Shown: in pieces, positions 29,729-38,723 of the stretch | Layout of the letters: each line of letters begins with the position of its first letter | Position numbering within the stretch: position 1 is the stretch's first letter | Assembly (NCBI GenBank): GCA_963845245.1 | Contig: CAWJRJ010000021.1 | Span: forward strand, 173,963 to 237,962 | DNA: 64,000 bases | Origin: Nitrospirota bacterium | GTDB lineage: Bacteria; Nitrospirota; JACRHJ01 | Direction of reading: 5' to 3' | Made by a program: the position numbers and the translations under genes | The notes under the pieces: model-generated | Told to the model about the DNA's origin: nothing | What the model saw: the letters and a program-made list of their open reading frames with translations, nothing else | The model's database searches: none

Positions 29729-31393
29729 TCACCTTTTCTTCGGCTCCACAAATACCGTCTTGTTATTGGTGAATATGGCCTGCCCGGGCGCGGGGTCCTT
29801 GGGTTTTCGCACGTACTTCTTAAAGGTATAGTCCACAGCCACCGAGCTGTCCTTTTTCGCGCCTGAGTTAAACGCCGCCACTTCCGCCGCTTCCAATATG
29901 GTTTGCAAGGGTATGTCCGGCCTGCGTTCGGGGTTACGCACAATGACATGGCCGCCGTGGTATCCCTGCACGTGGAGCCAGAGGTCCATCGGCTGTGCGA
30001 GCTTGAATGTAAGCACGTCGTTCATCTTCGCGTTCCGTGCAAAGACCACCTCGTAGCCGTCCGAGCTTTTGAAGGACGGGAATTCCGGAATTCCCCTGCG
30101 CTCCGCACCCTTGCCGACCCTTGCCTCTTTAGCTGAAGAGGGTTTACCGCCTGACAGTTCCTCAAGGCTTGTGGCCTGTTCCGCCGTTTTAAGCTGCCCC
30201 TTCAACCTCTCCGACTCCAACACCGTGGCAGCAAGCCGCTCCCTTATTATTGCCGCCGCCGATTTCGCCTTTCTGGCCTTTTTGAACCATGCCTCCGCAT
30301 TCTTTACCTGATCCAGCATCGGGTCGAGCGGTATCTCAAGCGGTTCACCCTCGGAAAAGAGGTTCGGAAGTACCACCTTGTCCACGCTGCCCGGCACCTG
30401 TCCCGGCGACGCCATCAGCACCTGCCCGTAAAGCTGGTAGGTGTCGGCCATCCCCGCCCCGGTGGCCTCGGCCCCGATTGCGGAGAGCTTCCTCTCCACC
30501 GCCGCAAGCCTTGCGCGGAGTTCCCTGACAACCGACGTCTTTTTGGCTGCGAACTCCCGTTCTTCCACCAGCCTGTCGTAATATGCCTCCGCCGCCTCGT
30601 TCATGGAGGCGTAGGCCGAACTGCCAAGTCCAGCATACTGCACAAGCTTAAAGGCGGCCAGCGCCGGGCCTTTGGGCGTCTCATATATAGTAGGGGAAAA
30701 CTCGCCCTTTTCCAGAATCGTCAGCAGGCCATTGATCTCTTTGAGTATCTTGTCGGGATTCGGCCCGCCCGCCCTTGCCACGGCCTCTGCGGCCAGGACG
30801 GGGCTTATACCGCCGACTTTTTTGAATATCGCCTTGTCGGTCGCCAGTCCCGGGTTCTCCGACAGGATCTCCATTATGGTATCCGCCGTTAGCGTATACG
30901 GGTCGGCCCTGTCCGGGAGCGGCGGCGGCTCGTAGTTCAGGCCGGGTAGCAGGGGCCTCTGGGCTTCTTCCGATATGGAGACGTATGACTGGGCAAGGGT
31001 TATCCTGCCCGCCTCGTCAAGGACAATGATGTTGGGCTTCTTCCCCGCCATCTCCACAACAAGGCTCGTTTTCCCTTTCCTGCCTGAAAACTCAATAATA
31101 ACAGTGCGTTCCAGGCCGGGCTGAGAAACCGTTACCACATTCGAGCCGACTATGCTATTATTAAGACTGCTGGCGAACGGGGTAAGCTCCTTTGAGCGCG
31201 GCGGTTTCCCGGATATCAGGTAAAGCCTGGGCAGGCCGGGGCGCGGGCCTATAAGAAGGGCCTTTTTGCCGCCCTCTCCTTTGAATACAAGGAACACCTC
31301 TCCCGCGTCGCCTTCGGCAAGCTCTATGAGCCTCATGCCCGGCAGTACGGCGGCCAGTTCGGCTGCTATCGCTTTTAATACGGCTATTTCCAT
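29729..31393 (-). CDS. rqcH: NFACT/Rqc2 family ribosome quality-control protein
   Basis: ERTVII.F, E..G...N.I, H2TH region, IPLDP...NA...FKK.RK, ND.LT...D.W.H.....G.HV, VDYT..KYV.KP. Confidence 0.9.
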   Translation of the reverse strand: MEIAVLKAIAAELAAVLPGMRLIELAEGDAGEVFLVFKGEGGKKALLIGPRPGLPRLYLISGKPPRSKELTPFASSLNNSIVGSNVVTVSQPGLERTVIIEFSGRKGKTSLVVEMAGKKPNIIVLDEAGRITLAQSYVSISEEAQRPLLPGLNYEPPPLPDRADPYTLTADTIMEILSENPGLATDKAIFKKVGGISPVLAAEAVARAGGPNPDKILKEINGLLTILEKGEFSPTIYETPKGPALAAFKLVQYAGLGSSAYASMNEAAEAYYDRLVEEREFAAKKTSVVRELRARLAAVERKLSAIGAEATGAGMADTYQLYGQVLMASPGQVPGSVDKVVLPNLFSEGEPLEIPLDPMLDQVKNAEAWFKKARKAKSAAAIIRERLAATVLESERLKGQLKTAEQATSLEELSGGKPSSAKEARVGKGAERRGIPEFPSFKSSDGYEVVFARNAKMNDVLTFKLAQPMDLWLHVQGYHGGHVIVRNPERRPDIPLQTILEAAEVAAFNSGAKKDSSVAVDYTFKKYVRKPKDPAPGQAIFTNNKTVFVEPKKR

Positions 31394-31457
31394 GGGCACC
31401 CATTCTACCCGGCTTGGGCCCCCAGCGCAACAATTGGTTTCTGCATTACGATTTTAC

Positions 31458-31486
31458 TTGACAAAAGGTGAACTTTTCTCTATATT
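31458..31486 (+). promoter_or_regulatory. sigma70-type promoter of rplM-rpsI
   Basis: TTGACA-17-TATATT. Confidence 0.65.
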
Positions 31487-31531
31487 TTCACTTTCGTTCA
31501 CGCAATTCATCAAATTAAACCAAGGTGGGAC

Positions 31532-31967
31532 ATGAGTACGGTATCAGCTAAAAAAGAGACAGTAGAGAGAAAATGGTTCGTGGTGGACGCCCAGGACGTT
31601 GTCCTTGGCCGCCTTGCGACGAACGTAGCGTCAATACTCAGGGGCAAAGCACAAGCCGATCTACACCCCGCATGTTGACACGGGCGATTTCGTGGTAATC
31701 GTAAACGCCGAGAAGATACAGCTTACCGGCAAGAAGCTTGACAACAAGGTCTACTATCACCACACCAATTACCCCGGCGGCTTGAAGTCCATAACCGCGG
31801 GCAAGCTCCTCAAGGAGAAGCCGGAAGAGGTAATAATCGCCGCAGTCAAGGGCATGCTTCCGAAGAACCCCCTGGGACGCGACATGATCCATAAGTTGAA
31901 GGTATACGCCGGTGCGGAACATCCGCATGCCGCGCAGATGCCCGAGAAGCTTGAGATAAAGGCATAA
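31532..31967 (+). CDS. rplM: 50S ribosomal protein L13 (one frameshift)
   Basis: [13 protein letters not shown], then [28 protein letters not shown]. Confidence 0.95.
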
Positions 31968-31988
31968 TTTCTAAAAGGAGATCTTTTA

Positions 31989-32381
31989 ATGGCAGAGTCG
32001 ATTTATTACGCCACGGGCAAGAGGAAGAACTCGATTGCCAGGGTATGGATGACCCCCGGGGCAGGCAAGATAGTCATCAACGGCCGTACGATCGAAGACT
32101 ACTTCGGTCGCGAGGTCCTCAGGATGATCATACACCAGCCGCTTGAGCTGGTCAACGCGCTGGGCAAGTTCGATATAAACGTACTTGCTTCAGGCGGCGG
32201 CACCTCAGGCCAGGCCGGTGCGCTCAGGCACGGCATATCAAAGGCACTCCTTGAGATCGACCCCGAGACGAGGGGCGCGCTTAAGAAGGCCGGTTTCCTT
32301 ACCCGCGACCCGAGGGTCGTCGAGCGTAAGAAATACGGCAGGCCGGGCGCAAGAAAGCGCTTCCAGTTCTCCAAGAGATAA
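31989..32381 (+). CDS. rpsI: 30S ribosomal protein S9
   Basis: TGKRK, GGG.SGQAGA, ERKKYG, QFSKR. Confidence 0.98.
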   Translation: MAESIYYATGKRKNSIARVWMTPGAGKIVINGRTIEDYFGREVLRMIIHQPLELVNALGKFDINVLASGGGTSGQAGALRHGISKALLEIDPETRGALKKAGFLTRDPRVVERKKYGRPGARKRFQFSKR

Positions 32382-32405
32382 TAACTGCGTTACATGTAAT
32401 AATGG

Positions 32406-32439
32406 ACGGGGGGCTGATGAAGCCCCCCGTTTTTTTATT
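32406..32439 (+). terminator. Rho-independent terminator after rpsI
   Basis: ACGGGGGGCT-GATGA-AGCCCCCCGT followed by a T-tract. Confidence 0.85.
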
Positions 32440-32515
32440 TGTTTTCCCGTGTTTATTTGTGTAGCATCTGTTTAACAGGGAGTACCATGTGTCCTCCCGG
32501 ATTAATGGAGCGGCA

Positions 32516-33073
32516 ATGATAGACAACTTCATCTTATCCGCCGATGATTCGACCCTCGTCGTAATTGACATACAGGAGCGGCTTGCGCCTGTCATGGAGG
32601 AGAGGGGCAAGGTCGTAAGGAACACCAACTTCCTTATCGAGCTTGCGAAGTCGTTCAATATCCCGGTAGTCGTCACGGAGCAGTACCCCAAAGGCCTGGG
32701 ACATACCGTGCCGGAGATAAAAGAGAACCTTGAAGGCTGCATGATATTGCCGGAGAAGCTTACGTTCGACTGCTGCGGGCAGGACGAGTTTACTGAACTG
32801 CTTGAGTCCGGCGGAAGAAGGAACGTAATAGTCGCGGGCATGGAGACGCATGTATGCGTGCTCCAGACGGTGCTCAGCCTTCTAAAGAACGGATACAACG
32901 TCCATGTCGTCACGGATGCGGTCTGCTCGCGGGATGCCGGGAACAAGAGGACGGCGCTTGAGATGCTTGCGAAGGCGGGCGCGGTCGTCACCTGCACCGA
33001 GACGGTGCTGTTCCAGGTCATGAAGGTCGCCGGGACGGAAGAGTTCAAAAAGATATCGAAGATGATAAGATAA
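32516..33073 (+). CDS. Isochorismatase-family hydrolase
   Basis: VIDIQERL, TEQYPKGLG.T, K..F.C, G.ETHVCVLQT. Confidence 0.9.
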   Translation: MIDNFILSADDSTLVVIDIQERLAPVMEERGKVVRNTNFLIELAKSFNIPVVVTEQYPKGLGHTVPEIKENLEGCMILPEKLTFDCCGQDEFTELLESGGRRNVIVAGMETHVCVLQTVLSLLKNGYNVHVVTDAVCSRDAGNKRTALEMLAKAGAVVTCTETVLFQVMKVAGTEEFKKISKMIR

Positions 33074-33092
33074 ACGTCCCGCTCTATGATTT

Positions 33093-33145
33093 GTAGGGGC
33101 GCGATTCATCGCGTCCGGTTCGGGCTTGATAAATCAAGCCCCTAT
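33093..33145. repeat. GTAG-type REP doublet (REPIN-like)
   Basis: GTAGGGGCGCGATTCATCGCGTCC followed by the inverted unit GGGCTTGATAAATCAAGCCCCTAT. Confidence 0.75.
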
Positions 33146-33184
33146 ATTTAAGCAGAATTCACGAATTTCTGTTAAGGAGGATTT

Positions 33185-33436
33185 ATGGAATTAGATGATA
33201 GAGGAATGGACACAACTATATTTTTTATTGGAAAAGACCAGAAACTGCTGGCACAAAAGATTGAAATAGATGACAAGGTAAATTTGCATCATAAGGGAGA
33301 GCTTGTGGAGGCTGTAATAAAATCCATGGAAGGCAATCATTTTGTAGGTTCCATTAAAAATGCTGGCAATCCAGATTTAATTGGGAGTGAAATTAAATTT
33401 TCAGAAAAAAATATTTTCGGAGTGGAAAAATATTAG
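33185..33436 (+). CDS. Small AT-rich hypothetical protein
   Basis: AAGGAGG RBS, 83-aa ORF, composition unlike its neighbours. Confidence 0.65.
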   Translation: MELDDRGMDTTIFFIGKDQKLLAQKIEIDDKVNLHHKGELVEAVIKSMEGNHFVGSIKNAGNPDLIGSEIKFSEKNIFGVEKY

Positions 33437-33457
33437 TGTGAGTAATGGAGAATCAAA

Positions 33458-34498
33458 ATGCTTAAAGTCGCAATAGTAGGTTCCAGCGGTTACGCGGGCG
33501 GGGAGCTGCTCCGTATCCTGCTCGGGCACAAGGAAGTCGAAGTCGTCGCGGTAACATCCGAGAAGTCGGCGGGCCAGCACGTGGCCGCGCTGTTCCCGCA
33601 CCTGGGCAGGCTATGCAACCTGACCCTTGAGAAGCTTGACGCAACGGTAATAGCGGACAAGGCCGACCTGATATTCCTGGCCGTGCCGCACATGCAGGCG
33701 ATGACCCCGGCGGCCCAGTTCGTGGGCATCGGCAGGAAGGTGATCGACCTCTCGGCGGACTTCAGGTTCAAGGACACGCGCGTGTACGACGAGTGGTACG
33801 GCGAGGAGCACAGCCAGCCCGGCCTCGCGTACATGGCCGCATACGGCCTGCCGGAACTGCACCGCGAGGAGATAAAGAACGCGAGGCTGGTCGGCAACCC
33901 CGGCTGCTACCCCACCGGCGCGATACTCGCCCTTGCCCCGCTGATCAAGGAAGGGCTGATCGAACTCGACAGCGTGATAGTGGATTCGAAGTCCGGCGTA
34001 TCCGGCGCGGGCCGCACCCCGGCGCAGGCCTATCACTACCCCGAGGCGAACGAGACGATAACGGCATACAAGATAGGCACGCACAGGCACACGCCGGAGA
34101 TAGAGCAGCAGCTATCGGACATGGCGGGCGCGGGTGTGATAATAAACTTCACGCCGCACCTGACGCCGATGAACCGCGGTATACTCACCACGGCCTATGC
34201 TAAGCTGAACAAGCTGGCCGGGCCGGACACGCTTTTGAAGATGTACGCCAAGTTCTACAAGAACGACTTCTTCGTGCGCATACTGGGCAAGGGCAACTAC
34301 CCGACCGTGTCTTCCGTACGTGGCTCGAACTTCTGCGACATCGGGCTCTACAGCGACATCCGTACGAAGCGAGTCGTGGTCGTTTCGGCGATAGATAACC
34401 TTGTAAAGGGCGCGGCGGGCCAGGCGGTCCAGAACATGAACATCATGATGGGCTTCCCTGAGACGGAAGGCCTCAAGCATCTGGGGATGTTCCCGTAA
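33458..34498 (+). CDS. argC: N-acetyl-gamma-glutamyl-phosphate reductase
   Basis: GSSGYAG, DLSADFR, NPGCYPT, SGVSGAG, DNLVKGAAGQA. Confidence 0.97.
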   Translation: MLKVAIVGSSGYAGGELLRILLGHKEVEVVAVTSEKSAGQHVAALFPHLGRLCNLTLEKLDATVIADKADLIFLAVPHMQAMTPAAQFVGIGRKVIDLSADFRFKDTRVYDEWYGEEHSQPGLAYMAAYGLPELHREEIKNARLVGNPGCYPTGAILALAPLIKEGLIELDSVIVDSKSGVSGAGRTPAQAYHYPEANETITAYKIGTHRHTPEIEQQLSDMAGAGVIINFTPHLTPMNRGILTTAYAKLNKLAGPDTLLKMYAKFYKNDFFVRILGKGNYPTVSSVRGSNFCDIGLYSDIRTKRVVVVSAIDNLVKGAAGQAVQNMNIMMGFPETEGLKHLGMFP

Positions 34499-34508
34499 AT
34501 ATTACGAG

Positions 34509-34670
34509 TGGCATAAGCGCATTCACTTCCGGCGGCTTACTCGTGTATTTCTAAAGGCTCATTCACTGCGGGCAGCAAAACTCGCTTCGCTCAGACAGTT
34601 GCTGCTGCAACGCTTATTTCGCCAAGAAATACAGTTTGCTCGCCGCAAGTTCGTTCGTACGCTAATGCCA
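34509..34670. repeat. Long imperfect hairpin element, copy B
   Basis: Nested stems TGGCAT/ATGCCA, ACTTxCGGCG/CGCCGxAAGT, TGTATTTCT/AGAAATACA, GCAGCAA/TTGCTGC; apex AACTCGCTTCGCTCAGACAGTT. Confidence 0.65.
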
Positions 34671-34687
34671 ATAGAAGAGGTGATTGT

Positions 34688-35888
34688 ATGAAAGAGATTA
34701 CTAAATATATTGTCCCCGGCTTTAAGGCCGGCGCTGTGATGGCGGGAATAAAGAAGTCCGGCCGGTTGGACATGGCGCTTATCTTCTCCGAGACACCGGC
34801 AGTTTCGGCGGCAGTGTTCACGAAGAACAAGGTGAAGGCCGCGCCCGTGCTGCTCGACCAGCTTGTCGCGAGGAAGGCCAAGGCGCGCGCGATAGTCGTG
34901 AACAGCGGCAACGCGAACGCATGCGTCGGGGAACAGGGTAAGGATGACGCGCTCACGATGGCGGGCGACATGGCGGACGCCCTTGGTGTGAATACCTCCG
35001 ACGTCTTCGTCGCCTCTACCGGCGTCATAGGCAACCCGATGCCGATGGACAAGGTCAAGGCGGGCATAAAGGGCCTGCCAGCCGCGCTCTCCGACGGGGG
35101 CTTTGCAGATGCCGCAAAGGCGATAATGACTACCGACACGTTCGCGAAGATATGCGGCGTGAAGGAGACCATAAACGGCAAGGAGATAAGCATAGTCGGG
35201 ATCGCCAAAGGCTCGGGGATGATAAACCCGAACATGGCGACGATGCTCTGCTTCGTGGCCACGGACGCGGCGGTGGACAAGAAGGCGCTCAAGGCCGCAC
35301 TCACCGACAGCGTTAACGGGAGCTTCAACCGCATCACCGTGGATGGCGATACATCTACAAATGATTCGGTCATCGTGCTTGCTAATGGCAGGGCCGGGAA
35401 CAAGCCTGTCTCGCTCGACGGGCCGGGATATGTAAAGTTAAAGGACGCGCTCGGCGCGGTGCTCCTGAAGCTTGCCAAGATGGTCGTGAAGGACGGCGAG
35501 GGGGCGACCAAGCTCGTAGAGGTTGTAGTCTCAGGTGCGTCTGGATGCGAAGGACGCCGAGAAGGCCGCACGGGCCATCGCGCACTCACCATTGGTGAAG
35601 ACCGCGATATTCGCCGCCGACGCCAACTGGGGCCGCATCATCTGCGCCGCAGGCTACTCTGGCGCAAAGATGGACCCGGACAAGACCGAGATATGGTTTG
35701 AGGACGTCTGCATGGTGAAGAAAGGCGTGGGCCAGGGATCTGAGGCCGAGAAAAAGTCTACAGCGGTAATGAAAAAGCCGGAGTACAAGCTCACTGTAAA
35801 ACTCGGCGCGGGCAAGGCCTCCGCAACAATATACACCACCGATCTGAGCTTCGAGTACGTCAAGATTAACGCGGAATACAGAAGCTGA
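34688..35888 (+). CDS. argJ: Ornithine acetyltransferase (frameshifted)
   Basis: NSGNANA, IMTTDT, KGSGMI.PNMATML, DGDTSTND, DGEGATK, SPLVKTA, NAEYRS. Confidence 0.96.
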
Positions 35889-35923
35889 ATAAAGAATACA
35901 ACCTGATTAAATTGAAATAAATC

Positions 35924-35950
35924 AAGCCCGGTTCTCCGGGCTTTTTCTTT
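35924..35950 (+). terminator. Rho-independent terminator after argJ
   Basis: AAGCCCGG-TTCT-CCGGGCTT followed by a T-tract. Confidence 0.8.
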
Positions 35951-35976
35951 AATATACAGAAGTCTAAAGTTATAAC

Positions 35977-36005
35977 TTGACATCTACTGAGCATATGTTC
36001 ATAAT
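35977..36005 (+). promoter_or_regulatory. sigma70 promoter with overlapping palindromic operator
   Basis: TTGACA-17-CATAAT, with TGAGCATATGTTCA (35988-36001) in the spacer and overlapping -10. Confidence 0.7.
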
Positions 36006-36035
36006 AGACTCAAGGTTTAGGGGGAGGTCAGAGAT

Positions 36036-36728
36036 TTGAGGCCGAAGTCTTGCAGGAGGGTTGGCAGCCAACCGGATGTCACATACTTTAAGCCTAGGGG
36101 AATACCACTCTCGGAGCTTGAGGAAGTCATCCTGACGGTCGACGAGTTCGAGGCAGTCAGGCTTGCCGACTATGACGGGCTCTATCAGGAAGAGGCCGCG
36201 GTGCGGATGAACATCTCACGTCCGACCTTCGGCAGGATCCTGGGCCTGGCCCACAGGAAGATAGCAGAAGCCTTTGTACAGGGTAAGGCCTTAAAAATTG
36301 AGGGCGGCAAAGTCGAAATAGCCGCTGCCATATTACCAACGGAACAAGTAGGGGGAAAAATGAACATAGCTGTATCGACCATAGACGGCAAGACAATCTG
36401 CGGACATCTTGGGAAATGCAAGGACTTCATAATTTACAAAACCGACGGCAATGAAATAACGGGTAAAAGCTTTATAAGCACAGGCGGGGCCTGCCCTGGC
36501 CACGGGGCAGACCACGGTGCCCCACATACGCACAACGTAAGCCCGTTCGATGGCTGCCGTGCAGTCATAACGCAGGGTATGGGACAGGGGATGCTCAACG
36601 GCCTCATGCAGGCGGGTATCCAGCCGGTAATCACCGACCAGTCCGACCCGGATACGGTTGTTCTAAAATTCCTGAGGGGCGAACTTTCCGGAACGACGAA
36701 GTCGAGCTGTGAGTGCGGCAGCCATTAG
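36036..36728 (+). CDS. DUF134 (UPF0251 HTH) domain fused to a NifB/NifX-family domain
   Basis: RPK..R.V...P....FKP.G, E.EA.RL.D..GL.QEEAA..M.ISR.T, then IAV...G..I..H.G.C..F and a His-rich loop. An internal RBS/ATG at 36360 means this may be two genes. Confidence 0.8.
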   Translation: MRPKSCRRVGSQPDVTYFKPRGIPLSELEEVILTVDEFEAVRLADYDGLYQEEAAVRMNISRPTFGRILGLAHRKIAEAFVQGKALKIEGGKVEIAAAILPTEQVGGKMNIAVSTIDGKTICGHLGKCKDFIIYKTDGNEITGKSFISTGGACPGHGADHGAPHTHNVSPFDGCRAVITQGMGQGMLNGLMQAGIQPVITDQSDPDTVVLKFLRGELSGTTKSSCECGSH

Positions 36729-36787
36729 CAGCCCGGCCAGCTTTACGGTATGTTGCAATCGTTTTTTGAACAGAAAGGGTTCTTGAT

Positions 36788-37291
36788 ATGGAAACTGAGT
36801 TCAGCAAAGTAGTACAGGAAGACAAATGCAGGAAGATGCTCGAAGAGCTCAATTCAAACATGAGCTTGAACTGCCATGCCTGGGATACGCTCGGGAAGCC
36901 TATCCTCCCGCCCATATGGGGAAATACGCTCTGCAAGGCCATAAAGAGTACGCACGATGGTCTTATGACCTGCGCATCCTCGCACAAAGAGATGACCAAG
37001 GAGGCCAAGGCCACAGGACAGCCCGTGGTCAGGGAATGCCATGCGGGCCTGATCAAAGCCGTTCTCCCAGTCTATTGCGAAGGGAAATACATCGGCCTCT
37101 TGGGCGGCTGTGGAGCCACGCCGAAAGGCCGTGCCGTCAGTGAGGAGTATCTCTGCGGGCTTGGGCCGAAGATCGGGGTGTCGGTTGAGGAACTCCTGGC
37201 GCAGGTGGCAAGCGTGCCTGAGGTGGACAAGGAAGCTCTTAAAGAAAAGATCGAAGGCCTCATAAGGAACTGCGGCGACAATCGCACTTGA
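36788..37291 (+). CDS. Stand-alone PocR ligand-binding domain protein
   Basis: N.LC..IK....G...C....., ECHAGL....P....G...G..GGCG. Confidence 0.75.
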   Translation: METEFSKVVQEDKCRKMLEELNSNMSLNCHAWDTLGKPILPPIWGNTLCKAIKSTHDGLMTCASSHKEMTKEAKATGQPVVRECHAGLIKAVLPVYCEGKYIGLLGGCGATPKGRAVSEEYLCGLGPKIGVSVEELLAQVASVPEVDKEALKEKIEGLIRNCGDNRT

Positions 37292-37361
37292 TCGTTAATT
37301 TATGATAGAATTGAGTACGTGTATAGATGATTTACTGCGGCCTGAAAATGGAGGTTTAACG

Positions 37362-37764
37362 ATGATTGCAAAGCAGATCATGGGCAAGGTAAAGGCTCCG
37401 AGGAAGAACGCCAAAGGGCAGGGATATAGCACGTACGATGATAAGCCAGGACTATTGCCACCTGCCTGTAGTGGACGAGTCGGATAAGGTAATCGGAATT
37501 ATTTCGGAGTTTGACCTCCTGAAGGCGGTAAAGGCAGGCAAGAGCCTCGAGGAAGTGACCGCCGAAGAACTCATGAGCACCAAGGTAGTGACCGTCAACG
37601 AGAACGACACTATCGATGCGGTCATAGACATTATGACGACCCAGTACATCATATCCCTCCCGGTCGTTAAGAACGGCAAGCTTGTGGGTGTTATAAACCG
37701 CAGGAACATCCTGCACGACATGGTTGACCATGAGTACAAAGAGTACTTTATGACCATCCAATAA
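37362..37764 (+). CDS. CBS-domain pair protein (frameshifted)
   Basis: GGAGG RBS, MIAKQIM, LPVVD...GIISEFDLL, LPVV..GKLVGVI.R. Confidence 0.85.
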
Positions 37765-37884
37765 TTTTAACTAATATATAAATTGTCCCTCAGTAATGAG
37801 GGATATTTTTTTCTGTGTATTTCCTTGATTATAAGGTAAGCTATATCTGTGGCATTAGATGTTGGCCCAAAGGCGTGAGGTGGT

Positions 37885-38181
37885 ATGAAAGCTACTTTAG
37901 CCGTTGCCCTGCTTGTCCTGCTTATGATGTGCATAGCATCTCCAGTTACCATTGCGCCCGTAAAACCCTCTACAGAAGACGCAATAATAAACATAGATGT
38001 TTGTAATTCCGGCAAGGCTTTTCTCGCCGGTTGCGGGATGCCAGCCGTCGTGCAGATGGATGCGATAAGCCTTTTCCCGGTAGTTTCAGCCTTTGATAGA
38101 CCTGCCAGTTCATTCATCTGTCTTTCAATAGCCCCCGCAATAGCCGAGCCGCCCCCGAGACAAGGAATTTCGATTTGTTGA
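37885..38181 (+). CDS. Small exported protein ending in EPPPR (leader/arrest-peptide-like)
   Basis: GAGGTGG RBS, signal peptide, IDVC motif, further Cys residues, Pro-rich C-terminus. Confidence 0.55.
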   Translation: MKATLAVALLVLLMMCIASPVTIAPVKPSTEDAIINIDVCNSGKAFLAGCGMPAVVQMDAISLFPVVSAFDRPASSFICLSIAPAIAEPPPRQGISIC

Positions 38182-38239
38182 AGAAGCGAGTAACTTGTTT
38201 TTTCTGGTGATATCGCTTGTCTAAACTCAGGAGGTAGAA

Positions 38240-38686
38240 ATGAAAAAATTAGTAATGGGATTGATGCTGGTGTCTGCCCTCGCCCTGACTACGTCAGTTT
38301 TAGCCGGGCCCGGCATGGGCATGGGCGGCTGGGGCGCCGGGACGAAATACGGCAAGCTGTACAACACGCAGACGGTGGAGACGGTTTCGGGCGAAGTCGT
38401 TAAGGTGGATAAGATAAAGCCGATGAAGGGCATGAGCTACGGTATACACATTGTCCTTAAAACGGAAAAAGGGGATATCCCTGTGCACCTGGGTCCTGCC
38501 TGGTACATCAATAACCAGGACATGGAGGTAGCTGCCGGTGACAAGGTGGAGGTCAAAGGCTCCAGGGTCGAGTTCGGCGGCAAACCGGTGATAATAGCTG
38601 CCGAAGTAAAAAAAGGCGACGAGACCCTTAAGCTGAGGGACGATGACGGACTTCCGATGTGGGCTGGCTGGCGTAGAAACCGGTAG
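38240..38686 (+). CDS. Periplasmic OB-fold protein (MamS/MamX-domain-like)
   Basis: Signal peptide, Gly/Met-rich linker, ETVSGEV, VHLGP.WY, GD.VEV.GS, LRD..G.P.W. Confidence 0.7.
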   Translation: MKKLVMGLMLVSALALTTSVLAGPGMGMGGWGAGTKYGKLYNTQTVETVSGEVVKVDKIKPMKGMSYGIHIVLKTEKGDIPVHLGPAWYINNQDMEVAAGDKVEVKGSRVEFGGKPVIIAAEVKKGDETLKLRDDDGLPMWAGWRRNR

Positions 38687-38723
38687 TCGGCTGCATATAG
38701 CACATTAGAAATGGAGGCTATAA

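Noticed and set aside
38240..38686. Magnetosome gene cluster
   Set aside because: Only one MamS-like OB domain is present; no other mam or mad genes are in the window.
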